From the IMG/VR virus record IMGVR_UViG_3300027736_001324, positions 124,001 through 188,000 of that record: DNA of 64,000 bases, one strand, 5' to 3'. Made by a program: the position numbers and the translations under genes. The notes under the pieces are model-generated. The model worked only from the letters and a program-made list of their open reading frames with translations. It was not told the origin of the DNA and ran no database searches. This document shows positions 27,346-36,566 of the stretch, piece after piece. Every line of letters starts with the position of its first letter. The first letter of the stretch is position 1.

Positions 27346-28620
27346 ATGGGACGCCCTCTAAAAATCGCAAAGGCTCAAGCAGTCTTAACAGTAACTGATA
27401 CAGCAGAAACCGGCAGTATCGTCACAATATCAGGTGGAAATTTAACTACATCACCTACTGTAGGTGTAGCTAAAGGTATGTCATTTATAGTTGCTACAAC
27501 TGTTGGTGGATTAACAGCTAACACAATTTATTATGTAAATTCAATACTAACAAATACTACATTTAATGCATCACAGACTCAGTTAAGTGTACAGCCACAA
27601 ATAATGCAACCATTAACAGACACAACTGGTCAATCAGTTAGTGCTTCATTTAATGTTGTTGATGCATACTTTAACAACCCAGTTGGTGGAACAGGTTTCC
27701 CTGCTACTAATGCTAACACATACAGTGTAGTTGGTGGTAATACAGCAATCATTGGTAAACAAGTATTAGCACAAGTTGCTATTGGTATCAGTGGTACAGG
27801 TACATTATACACACCTTTAGCAGTTAATACTAGTAATGTAGTAGTTGGTGTAGGTACTGATTTAGCTAACTTAGCTACTGGCGCAGCACTACAAATTGCA
27901 GTTGCTAATAATAACGGTAGTACTGATTATGTTAGTCTTGGGTTTGCTTCTGCTACACACGGTAATGTTTCAGTAGCTGTTGCCAATACAACAGTATCAG
28001 GTAGCGTTATTGGAACTTCGGGTAATGCACAAACTCTTATAGCAGATATGCCAATACAGTTTAGCGCAAATTTTGGCGGTTTAACTACAGGTACAACATA
28101 TTTTGTTAAAACTATCGCTAACGCAGCAGCATTCACCGTTTCTACTAGTCAAGGTGGACCGGTACAAGCTGTCACCGCTAATGCGTCAGTAACAGCTAAT
28201 GCTCTTATGAATCGTGTTGTACTAACAGCCAATGCTAACGTTGTCAGAAGTAATGCTTCATTCATCTATGCTAATGATGAAGCAGGTTATATTGTTCGTC
28301 AAAAGGGTAAACAAAAATATCTAGTAACAGGAACAGTAACTGGTTTAACAGCACAATGCTTTACAGCAAACGTTGCAAACACAGCATTGACACCAAACTC
28401 AATGCGTATCCTTGCTACATATGCTAATAGTGCTACTCAAACAGTACAAAGTCTTTCTGACCACACTGGTGAGTTGTTTACTGCTACTTCAGGACCAATT
28501 GCTACTGGTAATATAGTGTTCCAAAATGCTGCTCCAGTATTTGCAACATTCAACACAGCAGTAGCAGCAAATGCGACTGGTGGACAACCTTACGCAATCG
28601 TAACTATTGCTAGCGCATAA
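27346..28620 (+). CDS. virion structural protein
   Basis: AAGGAG RBS; N-terminal MGRPLK; GYIVRQKGKQKYLV; two YYV beta-modules. Confidence 0.75.
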   Translation: MGRPLKIAKAQAVLTVTDTAETGSIVTISGGNLTTSPTVGVAKGMSFIVATTVGGLTANTIYYVNSILTNTTFNASQTQLSVQPQIMQPLTDTTGQSVSASFNVVDAYFNNPVGGTGFPATNANTYSVVGGNTAIIGKQVLAQVAIGISGTGTLYTPLAVNTSNVVVGVGTDLANLATGAALQIAVANNNGSTDYVSLGFASATHGNVSVAVANTTVSGSVIGTSGNAQTLIADMPIQFSANFGGLTTGTTYFVKTIANAAAFTVSTSQGGPVQAVTANASVTANALMNRVVLTANANVVRSNASFIYANDEAGYIVRQKGKQKYLVTGTVTGLTAQCFTANVANTALTPNSMRILATYANSATQTVQSLSDHTGELFTATSGPIATGNIVFQNAAPVFATFNTAVAANATGGQPYAIVTIASA

Positions 28621-28621
28621 T

Positions 28622-28936
28622 ATGGCAACCGCATCAAGTAAGGCCGTTAAAATGCAACCTGAAACTGAAATTGCGGTACTTCAAGTCCAAGTTAAGAACA
28701 TCGAGGATAAAATTGGTGATCTTAAAATGGATTTGAAGTCAATTCGTGATGCCCTAGATGAGAACGCAGAAGAAACTAGACAAATGTTGAAAACTATGCG
28801 TGAACAAGATGTTAAGGAACATAGCGAATTAGCTGGAAAGATTTCAGTTTTAGAAAAATGGCGCTGGATGATGATGGGAGCAGGTGTAATAATCGGCTCT
28901 ATGGGATTCAATACAGTGTCAACATTGCTAAAATAA
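28622..28936 (+). CDS. coiled-coil protein with C-terminal transmembrane helix (possible holin-like)
   Basis: LEKWRWMMMGAGVIIGSMGF; start 28622 one base after the previous stop. Confidence 0.6.
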   Translation: MATASSKAVKMQPETEIAVLQVQVKNIEDKIGDLKMDLKSIRDALDENAEETRQMLKTMREQDVKEHSELAGKISVLEKWRWMMMGAGVIIGSMGFNTVSTLLK

Positions 28937-28962
28937 AAAAAGAGACTTAGGTCTCTTTTTTT
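28935..28962. terminator. bidirectional terminator between convergent genes
   Basis: A7-GAGAC-TTAG-GTCTC-T7. Confidence 0.85.
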
Positions 28963-29363
28963 GTAAGTGTCTTTAACTTGTCCTGGACAACATCAAAATT
29001 CACAGTACTAAACAATCCAGGATGTAATGGCTTGGGATATTGATTATCTCCTACCCATGCATATCCACAATGTTCTTCATTAAGTGCAGGAACAAACTCA
29101 TCTTCTACCTCACAAAAGAATGTATGATAGGTAAAGGTGTGATTGATGAATTTCTGTATAGGTATTAATTTAGCATTAATTGGAAACATTCCAATTTCTT
29201 CCTGACATTCTCTAGCAATACCCTCAAACAGAGTTTCATCATCTTCTATCTTGCCGCCGGGAATACCCCAATTGCCAGGGTTTTTGTTGTCTGTGCGTAA
29301 TAGATATAGGTAGCGATTTGTTTTACTACTATAAAAGAAAACTCCGGCTGATGTATTGCTCAT
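28947..29363 (-). CDS. Nudix hydrolase (start probably 29363)
   Basis: Nudix box GKIEDDETLFEGIARECQEEIG. Confidence 0.9.
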   Translation of the reverse strand: MSNTSAGVFFYSSKTNRYLYLLRTDNKNPGNWGIPGGKIEDDETLFEGIARECQEEIGMFPINAKLIPIQKFINHTFTYHTFFCEVEDEFVPALNEEHCGYAWVGDNQYPKPLHPGLFSTVNFDVVQDKLKTLTKKET

Positions 29364-29382
29364 ACTATGATTTATCACAGTA

Positions 29383-30759
29383 TTAGATGACGATAGAATA
29401 ATCCCCTTGATCATACCATCCTTCGTATGATTTCATCCAAGTATCATCTACAAAACGATATTGGACATTAGTTGTTAAGTTAGTTACATATTCTAATGTA
29501 GTTGGGGTTGCAATAGTGCTATCAAAACTTACAAACCATTCTCCAGCGCCGGCATTGTATTCAATAATGTCATTAGCAAATGCTACTACATTACCCCATG
29601 CAACAGTGCTATCACCGGGAGCACCAATGTTATCTACTAGAAGATATCTACGTCCATTAACTGGCCCGGGCAATCCTGCATTTGGACCAGTTAATTGAGG
29701 GTTTATCACACCGTCAACTGGATCCAATGTATTTTGTGGTAATGTATCAGGGTCAATGTTATAGATTAATAATCTATCATCATTGGGATTAGGTACAATA
29801 GTGCCTACAATTTCGTGATCCATAAATGGATTTTGTAGCCAAATTTGACTAATACCTGGTTTAACTGTTCCATACACATTTAACACACTAGACCAATATA
29901 TATCAGTATTGGGATTATCAGGTAATTCTGTATTAAAATTACTTGGATCAAACGCAACTGCTTGTGGCAATATTTGTAATGTATTTCCCAATAGCAATAA
30001 TTTGTATCCGTATGGTGTGATTTTTGGTCTAGTTCCTAACAGCAAATCATCATCTTGTATATCAGTTAATGCTGTGCCTTTAAAGATTGATGCAATAATT
30101 TTTTCAATAACACCCATCTTCTTAAGTTTACTTGCTGTACTAATCCAAATTGGCATATAGAATTTCCAACTCATAACATCAATTGGATTACCGGTGCCTA
30201 CTGGAATACTGCGACTACTGAAAGTTAATCCATCTTGGTATACAACACTTAATGAGGTCCAATCAATAAAGTTATCAGTACTTTGTATCTCTAATGCAGG
30301 GTTAAACAATGTGCCTAATTGTTCTATTAATTGCAGTTTTTGATTATAGTTTGTAGTCCAAAAATCTACAGTAAGTCTTAATGTATAAGGCACTGGCATT
30401 AATCTTTCTACCGTGAATGCCTGTCCTTGCACAGTTTCATATTCTTGTGTGTCGTTATTATAAGATCGTTGTCGAACTTGCACCTTATCAATAAATGTAG
30501 GATCTTGTGTTCTGCGTTGATCGTATTCCAATGCAGTAATATAATATGTTATTAGAGGTGCGCTTGGTAAGTTACTGGCACTATTATTAGCAATAATAGT
30601 TGATGCCTGTCTGCTGCTATCACCATACATAACAGGAACACGAACTAATATTTCATTACCCGCTGGATCTTTGCCTTTAGTAACTTGCCAGTTACTGAAA
30701 ATTTTTGCAAATTGAATTAAAAATCTGCGTACCTGATTGTCATAGAAAAAATCTGCCAT
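29383..30759 (-). CDS. tail terminator/sheath stabiliser (gp15-like) with C-terminal extension
   Basis: FFYDNQVRRFLIQFAKIFSN, VPVMYG, MPVPY and QLIEQL...FNP motifs. Confidence 0.8.
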   Translation of the reverse strand: MADFFYDNQVRRFLIQFAKIFSNWQVTKGKDPAGNEILVRVPVMYGDSSRQASTIIANNSASNLPSAPLITYYITALEYDQRRTQDPTFIDKVQVRQRSYNNDTQEYETVQGQAFTVERLMPVPYTLRLTVDFWTTNYNQKLQLIEQLGTLFNPALEIQSTDNFIDWTSLSVVYQDGLTFSSRSIPVGTGNPIDVMSWKFYMPIWISTASKLKKMGVIEKIIASIFKGTALTDIQDDDLLLGTRPKITPYGYKLLLLGNTLQILPQAVAFDPSNFNTELPDNPNTDIYWSSVLNVYGTVKPGISQIWLQNPFMDHEIVGTIVPNPNDDRLLIYNIDPDTLPQNTLDPVDGVINPQLTGPNAGLPGPVNGRRYLLVDNIGAPGDSTVAWGNVVAFANDIIEYNAGAGEWFVSFDSTIATPTTLEYVTNLTTNVQYRFVDDTWMKSYEGWYDQGDYSIVI

Positions 30760-30769
30760 TATATACTCT

Positions 30770-32473
30770 TTATACTACTGGGGGCAACGGGTCAGGTGTC
30801 AATCCTAAAATAGTTGACAACGCTTGACGTTGCGGAACAAATGTTCCATCTGTAAGTTTTGTTTGCGCCCTATCATTAATAAAGCTAGATTTCTGTGATT
30901 TATCTGCTTCCGTCATGCCTGTAGGCGTTCTGACATTTTTAGATATTCTAACCCATATTCTACCATCCCAGCGATATAGCAATTGCGGGAAGTAATCAAT
31001 ACGTAAAAAGTAATCTCCAACTTGTGGATTTTGTGGGAAACTTATACCAGCTCCAGTTGGGAATCCATTTGGTGCTTCTCCGGTGCCATCTAAATATCCT
31101 GTCGTATATCCAAAACTTCTTGGGCTACTACGTGCAATGAATTGGAATGCCGGATCACAATCTGCTCTCCAATCCATATCCTGATTAATTGTACCAGTAA
31201 ATCCCGGTAGTTCTGGGTTAGCATCAGCAGTTGCATATGTATTATCAGCAGTACCGTATGGTCCGGTAATTTGTCCCATTGAATATACTGTTAATATTTT
31301 GTTCCCTGTTACCTGCCCTGAATTAGTATCTGTTCTTTCAGGTGCTAAGGTAACTGTTTCTAAATTGACAGTGTTGAAAATATCTAACTTATCATATCCC
31401 ATATCAGCCGTCATGTCCCAAATACTTTTTATTGCTGCTTTAGAAATTTTAAGTACTGGGCTAGGATTTTTAAAATTAGAGTTACGAACCATCATTACTC
31501 TAACATTTATAACTGGATTACTACCATTTGTATTAACCCCAACCGGTGGTGCAGGATTATTAATGGCTCGGGATAAAACTCCATCACTTGAATATTCACC
31601 GTACGTGGGTACAATATATAGATTACTTCTATCGTAACCTGCCTTAGGTACAAGACGTTCTGCTTCAACAAGGGCAGCATTGTTAATTTCAATGTTCTTA
31701 TTGTAAGTAGCAAGAATATCTTTAAGATTATCCGCGGTATCTAATTGCCAATATGTAGGATCAGGTGGGTATGTCCCGGCCGGAACATCAATTAATGCCT
31801 TGTAATTTTTATCACCGTAAGTAATTACATATCCTGCAGGATATGTTTTATTTTTGTCCCATATACCTAAATAAGTATCTTGGTCTATTGGAGCACTTAA
31901 TATCTGACTAAATTCTTCACTATCAACCAATGGTTCACATTTGATACGCCATAGATGCGGGAACCAAGTTGGACTAAACCCCTCGCTAGCATAATTAGCG
32001 TCGGTAATTTGCATGAAACGTTTCAATGCAGTTGGGATAGTTTCCTTTAAGGGGTTGTAATCTAGTAAATGAGGTAATTCAATTACATCACCAACCATTA
32101 ACTTTCTACCAATCAAATCAATCATATCATTATAATGAACTGTAATGAATATAATATCATTGTTTAAGAATAATCCAAACTGACTTAAATCAAAATCTAA
32201 ATTCTGTACATTGTAATGTCCACGTAAACGATATACATTTGGGTCATATGTTCTGTCACGGTTTTCCAAGAATAACAAATCTTGTATATTAGTCGGGGCT
32301 AATACATCATATTCAGGTTGGGTAGCATCAATTGATGGACCTTGGTTTGTTGGACCCATATACTTATGTACATACAAATCCGTGGAACCTGCGGTGAACT
32401 GTTCTGATATTATCTTATCAAAAAAGTTATAATCATTAGTTTTATTGGGACGCCAAAGTGAAAGCCGGGGCAT
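30770..32473 (-). CDS. neck/head-closure protein (gp14-like) with inserted carbohydrate-binding module
   Basis: DLLFLENRDRTYD, LSQFGL and GDVIELPH; insert WDKNKTYPAGYVITYGDKNYKAL; late box at 32494-32501 on minus strand. Confidence 0.72.
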   Translation of the reverse strand: MPRLSLWRPNKTNDYNFFDKIISEQFTAGSTDLYVHKYMGPTNQGPSIDATQPEYDVLAPTNIQDLLFLENRDRTYDPNVYRLRGHYNVQNLDFDLSQFGLFLNNDIIFITVHYNDMIDLIGRKLMVGDVIELPHLLDYNPLKETIPTALKRFMQITDANYASEGFSPTWFPHLWRIKCEPLVDSEEFSQILSAPIDQDTYLGIWDKNKTYPAGYVITYGDKNYKALIDVPAGTYPPDPTYWQLDTADNLKDILATYNKNIEINNAALVEAERLVPKAGYDRSNLYIVPTYGEYSSDGVLSRAINNPAPPVGVNTNGSNPVINVRVMMVRNSNFKNPSPVLKISKAAIKSIWDMTADMGYDKLDIFNTVNLETVTLAPERTDTNSGQVTGNKILTVYSMGQITGPYGTADNTYATADANPELPGFTGTINQDMDWRADCDPAFQFIARSSPRSFGYTTGYLDGTGEAPNGFPTGAGISFPQNPQVGDYFLRIDYFPQLLYRWDGRIWVRISKNVRTPTGMTEADKSQKSSFINDRAQTKLTDGTFVPQRQALSTILGLTPDPLPPVV

Positions 32474-32533
32474 AATTAACCTACCTTATTACTTATTTAT
32501 CGTAAATACAGACGACGGCGTATTACCAAAAAC

Positions 32534-32562
32534 TTGACATTAAATGGTTATTGTGTTATACT
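32534..32562 (+). promoter_or_regulatory. early promoter cassette P8 (remote copy)
   Basis: TTGACA-ttaaatggttattgtgt-TATACT; shares the TTAAATGG spacer with P1-P7. Confidence 0.85.
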
Positions 32563-32592
32563 ACGTATTCAATTGAAACTTTGGAGTAATAT

Positions 32593-33759
32593 ATGGCTAC
32601 ACGTAAGCATACAGACGATCATTTTGTAAAAGCACTCAACCCCAGAGATGCTGATACAAAGTATATGGGTGAAGAACCATTCTTCCCGACCCAGCCCGAA
32701 CCCGAAACAAGATTTTCAGCACTTGCTAGAAGTTTTACGTGGTACACCCGTTTCTATACTAAAAAAGACGCAAAAGAACTATTGTGTCAATATCTGGATT
32801 ACAATAAGCGAACAGACGAGGCTAAGTTGGTTCGTAAGGTCCATGAAAGCGAATTCATTATTACATTGTGCTGGGTAGCACGTATGACAATGCGCGGGCT
32901 AGAATTAACCGAGCATGAAGAACTGACATTGCAAAATGATATTGGACGACTAGTCAAATCATTGAATTCTACAGAAACAAAAACTAGCGCAACCAGTATC
33001 GTAAAAGAAGAAGTGGTTGCAACACGCCCCAACATTCAGGAAATTCTGAAAGAAAAGGCACGAGATGCCGCCGGCGAAATGGAAGGGATGATTGACGATT
33101 TTGTTACTAAGGGCAAAGCGTTGGAAAAGACAGTTGATATTGTTGCAAAATACAATGTCATGCCTCAACATATCCCAATCATTGTTGAAATCTGGAAACG
33201 TAAGCAAGATGAATTTCAACGTCTAAGTGACGGTGACGAGTCTCTAAAAGAGGGTTATGCGTTCCTAGGCAAGATTCAGATTCGTAACATTCTGAAATTT
33301 ATTGAGGGTGTGCTAGGTGACTTGAATAGCTATATCAGCATTAAGAAAGCAAGCAAGGCTCCGCGCAAACGTAAAGCAGTCCCTGTTGAAAAGATTGTTG
33401 CTAAACTGAAATACTTGAAGTTGTTCAAGGATGTTCAATCTAAACTTGATTTAGTTAGTGTACATCCTACAAAACTTCACGGGGCAAGTGAAGCGTGGGT
33501 TTATGATACTGGTAAGCGTAAATTACATCACTACATTGCTGACGATTATAGCAAAGTGTTCAGTGTTAAGGGTAACACATTGCTAGGGTTTGATGCGAAT
33601 ACTAGTGAGATGAAAACATTACGTAAGCCCGGCGAGCAAATCAAAGAAGTGATGGGAAGCAAGCCCGCAGCACGTAAGTATTTCAAAGATATCAAAGCAG
33701 TAGGTGCAGTGCCCAATGGAAGGTTCAACGAAAATATGTTGATTTTGAAAGCGTTTTAA
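32593..33759 (+). CDS. early conserved hypothetical phage protein
   Basis: 388 aa, GGAG RBS; C-terminal SVKGNTLLGFD..SEMKTLRKP...NGRFNENMLILKAF. Confidence 0.8.
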   Translation: MATRKHTDDHFVKALNPRDADTKYMGEEPFFPTQPEPETRFSALARSFTWYTRFYTKKDAKELLCQYLDYNKRTDEAKLVRKVHESEFIITLCWVARMTMRGLELTEHEELTLQNDIGRLVKSLNSTETKTSATSIVKEEVVATRPNIQEILKEKARDAAGEMEGMIDDFVTKGKALEKTVDIVAKYNVMPQHIPIIVEIWKRKQDEFQRLSDGDESLKEGYAFLGKIQIRNILKFIEGVLGDLNSYISIKKASKAPRKRKAVPVEKIVAKLKYLKLFKDVQSKLDLVSVHPTKLHGASEAWVYDTGKRKLHHYIADDYSKVFSVKGNTLLGFDANTSEMKTLRKPGEQIKEVMGSKPAARKYFKDIKAVGAVPNGRFNENMLILKAF

Positions 33760-33760
33760 A

Positions 33761-33949
33761 ATGAACAGACAAGAGGTACAACAACGAATGACAGAGATTA
33801 TGGTTATGATTGACCAGTCAATAGCAATGACCGATGACAGAAATGAAATATTAATGTTAGCCTGTGCTATGATGCAGAGGTCTAAAGAGATATTTGAGTC
33901 TGAATTGGGTGTAGAAGGAAGAAAAGAAATGTTTAAGGATTATGTATGA
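33761..33949 (+). CDS. hypothetical protein
   Basis: 62 aa, coupled to neighbours. Confidence 0.7.
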   Translation: MNRQEVQQRMTEIMVMIDQSIAMTDDRNEILMLACAMMQRSKEIFESELGVEGRKEMFKDYV

Positions 33950-34122
33950 CAGATAAATTTTTTATATGGTTTGATCGTAACCGTAAAACGATTGGATATA
34001 CAGTTGCCGGACTCAATATTTTGAGTGGGTTAAGTTTGCTTGCTAGCGGACAAAGTGCAAATGGCTGGTTGCAGATTTTCTTGGGAGGTGTCATTGGAAT
34101 TGATACTGCAACAACACCATGA
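33946..34122 (+). CDS. small membrane protein, 58 aa (not in ORF track)
   Basis: MTDKFFIWFDRNRKTIGYTVAGLNILSGLSLLASGQSANGWLQIFLGGVIGIDTATTP; ATGA overlaps at both ends. Confidence 0.7.
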   Translation: MTDKFFIWFDRNRKTIGYTVAGLNILSGLSLLASGQSANGWLQIFLGGVIGIDTATTP

Positions 34123-34565
34123 AAATTGATTTAAACAAATACCAAGAGTTTGTAGAGGCAGTTACTAGTCAAGCAAGCAATGACCTGACTACATTCCATG
34201 ATACGATAGATCGGTTAGATGCTAACTATGAACTAGACTTAGCAGACAATCAGATGAAGCATGGACCTGATGTTAATATTCCACTACTAATCACAGCATG
34301 TTTTGGATTAGCGGCTGAAAGTGGTGAATTTATTGAAGTGCCCAAGAAGATCATTTTTCAGGGTAAAGCATTGACTGACGAGAATGTATTTCATATGAAA
34401 CGTGAACTCGGTGACATTATGTGGTACTGGGTAAATGCATGTCGTGCGTTGAATCTTGACCCCAACGAAGTGATTGCTGAGAATATACGCAAGTTAGAGT
34501 CACGCTATCCCGGTGGAAAGTTTGACGCATTTTACAGCGAAAATCGTAAAGACGGCGACTTGTAA
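34119..34565 (+). CDS. mazG: MazG-like NTP pyrophosphohydrolase
   Basis: GLAAESGEF, RELGDIMWY and NIRKLESRYP motifs. Confidence 0.88.
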   Translation: MKIDLNKYQEFVEAVTSQASNDLTTFHDTIDRLDANYELDLADNQMKHGPDVNIPLLITACFGLAAESGEFIEVPKKIIFQGKALTDENVFHMKRELGDIMWYWVNACRALNLDPNEVIAENIRKLESRYPGGKFDAFYSENRKDGDL

Positions 34566-34614
34566 TACATGAACCATAGTGTTACCTGATAAATAGTATT
34601 ATTAGGTAACACTT

Positions 34615-35412
34615 ATGTCAACATATCCAACCGCTTCTGTTCTTTCAACTCCAACCGGGTTAACTTTATCAGAATTAAAAGAGGGATTATTCAGTAATCT
34701 TAGATATCGTCTTGGTGACGGGATGATTGATATTGAATTGGATCCTCAACATTACGAGGCAGCGTACAATTACGCTATTAAGGTCTATCGTCAACGGGCA
34801 CAAGCCGCTACGGAAGAATCTTATATTCTAATGACCATTGAAAAGAATGTAGATACCTACACTCTTCCTGCTGAGTTTATCAATGTAAGAAGTATTTTCC
34901 GTAGAACAATTGGTTTAGAAACTGGGCCATCAAGCAGCAGTTTTGATCCGTTTAGTAGTGCTATTCTAAACACCTATTTGCTTAACTATAATTATGCTGG
35001 CGGTATGGCAACATATGACTTTTATGCAGGTTATGTTGAGTTAGCAGCAAGAATGTTCGGTGGTTATGTAACATACACATTCAACCCAGTGTCCAAGATA
35101 TTGCGTATTGTTCGTGATCCAAAAGGATCGGGAGAGCGTGTATTGATATGGGCCGATGTACAAAAGACAGAAGAAATATTACTACAAGACCCGGGCGCTG
35201 GTGTATGGATTGGTGATTTTATTTTAGCTAATCTTAAAGTTATGATTGGTGAAGCCCGTGAGAAATTTGGCACTATCGCCGGTCCAGGTGGCGGTACAAC
35301 ATTGAACGGTACTGCCATGAAAGCAGAAGGCAAAGCTGGAATGGAATTATTGATTGAAGAATTGAAGAAATATGTAGATTACAGTCAACCATTAACATGG
35401 GTACAGGGTTAA
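34615..35412 (+). CDS. neck/head-tail adaptor protein (gp13-like)
   Basis: RLGDGMIDIELD and KFGTIAGPGGGTTLNG; late box at 34588. Confidence 0.85.
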   Translation: MSTYPTASVLSTPTGLTLSELKEGLFSNLRYRLGDGMIDIELDPQHYEAAYNYAIKVYRQRAQAATEESYILMTIEKNVDTYTLPAEFINVRSIFRRTIGLETGPSSSSFDPFSSAILNTYLLNYNYAGGMATYDFYAGYVELAARMFGGYVTYTFNPVSKILRIVRDPKGSGERVLIWADVQKTEEILLQDPGAGVWIGDFILANLKVMIGEAREKFGTIAGPGGGTTLNGTAMKAEGKAGMELLIEELKKYVDYSQPLTWVQG

Positions 35413-35471
35413 CCTAAATGCTTTCTATTGTCTTGTTACTGTAATATAATAAGTACTTATAGGAACATTGT

Positions 35472-36131
35472 ATGATTATAGGTATCACTGGTTTAATTGG
35501 TTCAGGCAAAGACACAATTGCTGACTATCTTACTACCCATCACGGGTTTAAACGAATCAGTTTTGCATCCAGTCTTAAAGATGCAATAGCAGTAATCTTT
35601 GGATGGAACCGTGAATACTTAGAAGGCACAACAAAAGCTAGTAGAGTTTGGCGTGAACAGAAAGATGAATGGTGGAGCAATCGTTTGGGTATGGACATTA
35701 CCCCAAGATGGATACTACAATATTGGGGAACTGATGTATGTCGTAATCACTTTCACAATGATATCTGGGTAGCAAGCGTAGAACACAAGCTATTAAACTC
35801 TAATGAAGATATTGTAATTACCGATTGTAGATTTGCCAATGAGGTAAATGCTATTAGAAACATAGGCGGTATAGCAATTAGAGTAAAACGAGGCCCTGAT
35901 CCTGAATGGTATGATTCAGCAGTGGCATACAATAGAGGGCCAAACGGTAACTCAGCTTGGTCTCTAAGCAAAATGAAGTTAGACAAACTACACATTCATG
36001 CTAGTGAGTACAGTAGTGTAGGACTAGACTATGACCATATGGTAGATAACAACAGTACCATTGATGAATTACACAACACTATGTACGGAATAATTAGTAG
36101 TCAATTTGTAGATCACCTCGACGCCAAGTAA
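35472..36131 (+). CDS. deoxynucleoside monophosphate kinase (gp1-like)
   Basis: GLIGSGKDT, PRWILQYWGTD, ITDCRFANE and HASE motifs. Confidence 0.9.
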   Translation: MIIGITGLIGSGKDTIADYLTTHHGFKRISFASSLKDAIAVIFGWNREYLEGTTKASRVWREQKDEWWSNRLGMDITPRWILQYWGTDVCRNHFHNDIWVASVEHKLLNSNEDIVITDCRFANEVNAIRNIGGIAIRVKRGPDPEWYDSAVAYNRGPNGNSAWSLSKMKLDKLHIHASEYSSVGLDYDHMVDNNSTIDELHNTMYGIISSQFVDHLDAK

Positions 36132-36447
36132 CATCTTTTTTCTTAACTACTTCTATACAATTTAAACAAATACTACGTAGATTAGTATGTTCAGTATGTT
36201 CTAAGTTTCCGTCAATATGAAACACGGTTATTTGTGTAAGAAATAGACTTTTAAACCCACATAAATCACATGTGGCTTTTTTTTTATATCCACTTTTGGT
36301 CCAATTAGCCTTTCTAGGCTTTAGTTTGTTTTTCTTTCGGCCGCATTCATCACATGTACTTCTGTAATGTGTAACTCCGTCACGTTTATAATTTATAGCG
36401 GTATGATTTTTGTTACATTTAATACAAATTGGGCGTTGATTTAGCAT
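36094..36447 (-). CDS. zinc-binding degenerate HNH-family protein
   Basis: four CxxC pairs; VFHIDGN...NLRSICLNC. Confidence 0.7.
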   Translation of the reverse strand: MLNQRPICIKCNKNHTAINYKRDGVTHYRSTCDECGRKKNKLKPRKANWTKSGYKKKATCDLCGFKSLFLTQITVFHIDGNLEHTEHTNLRSICLNCIEVVKKKDVTWRRGDLQIDY

Positions 36448-36566
36448 ACAGTATTTAGTTAGAAACCTTCGAAGGTACGGTTAAACCGACTTTTTTGAAT
36501 TTATTAATAAATAATAGTATGCAATCAGGTAGTAAACCTCAAAATTTTACATAAAGGAAAAATAAA

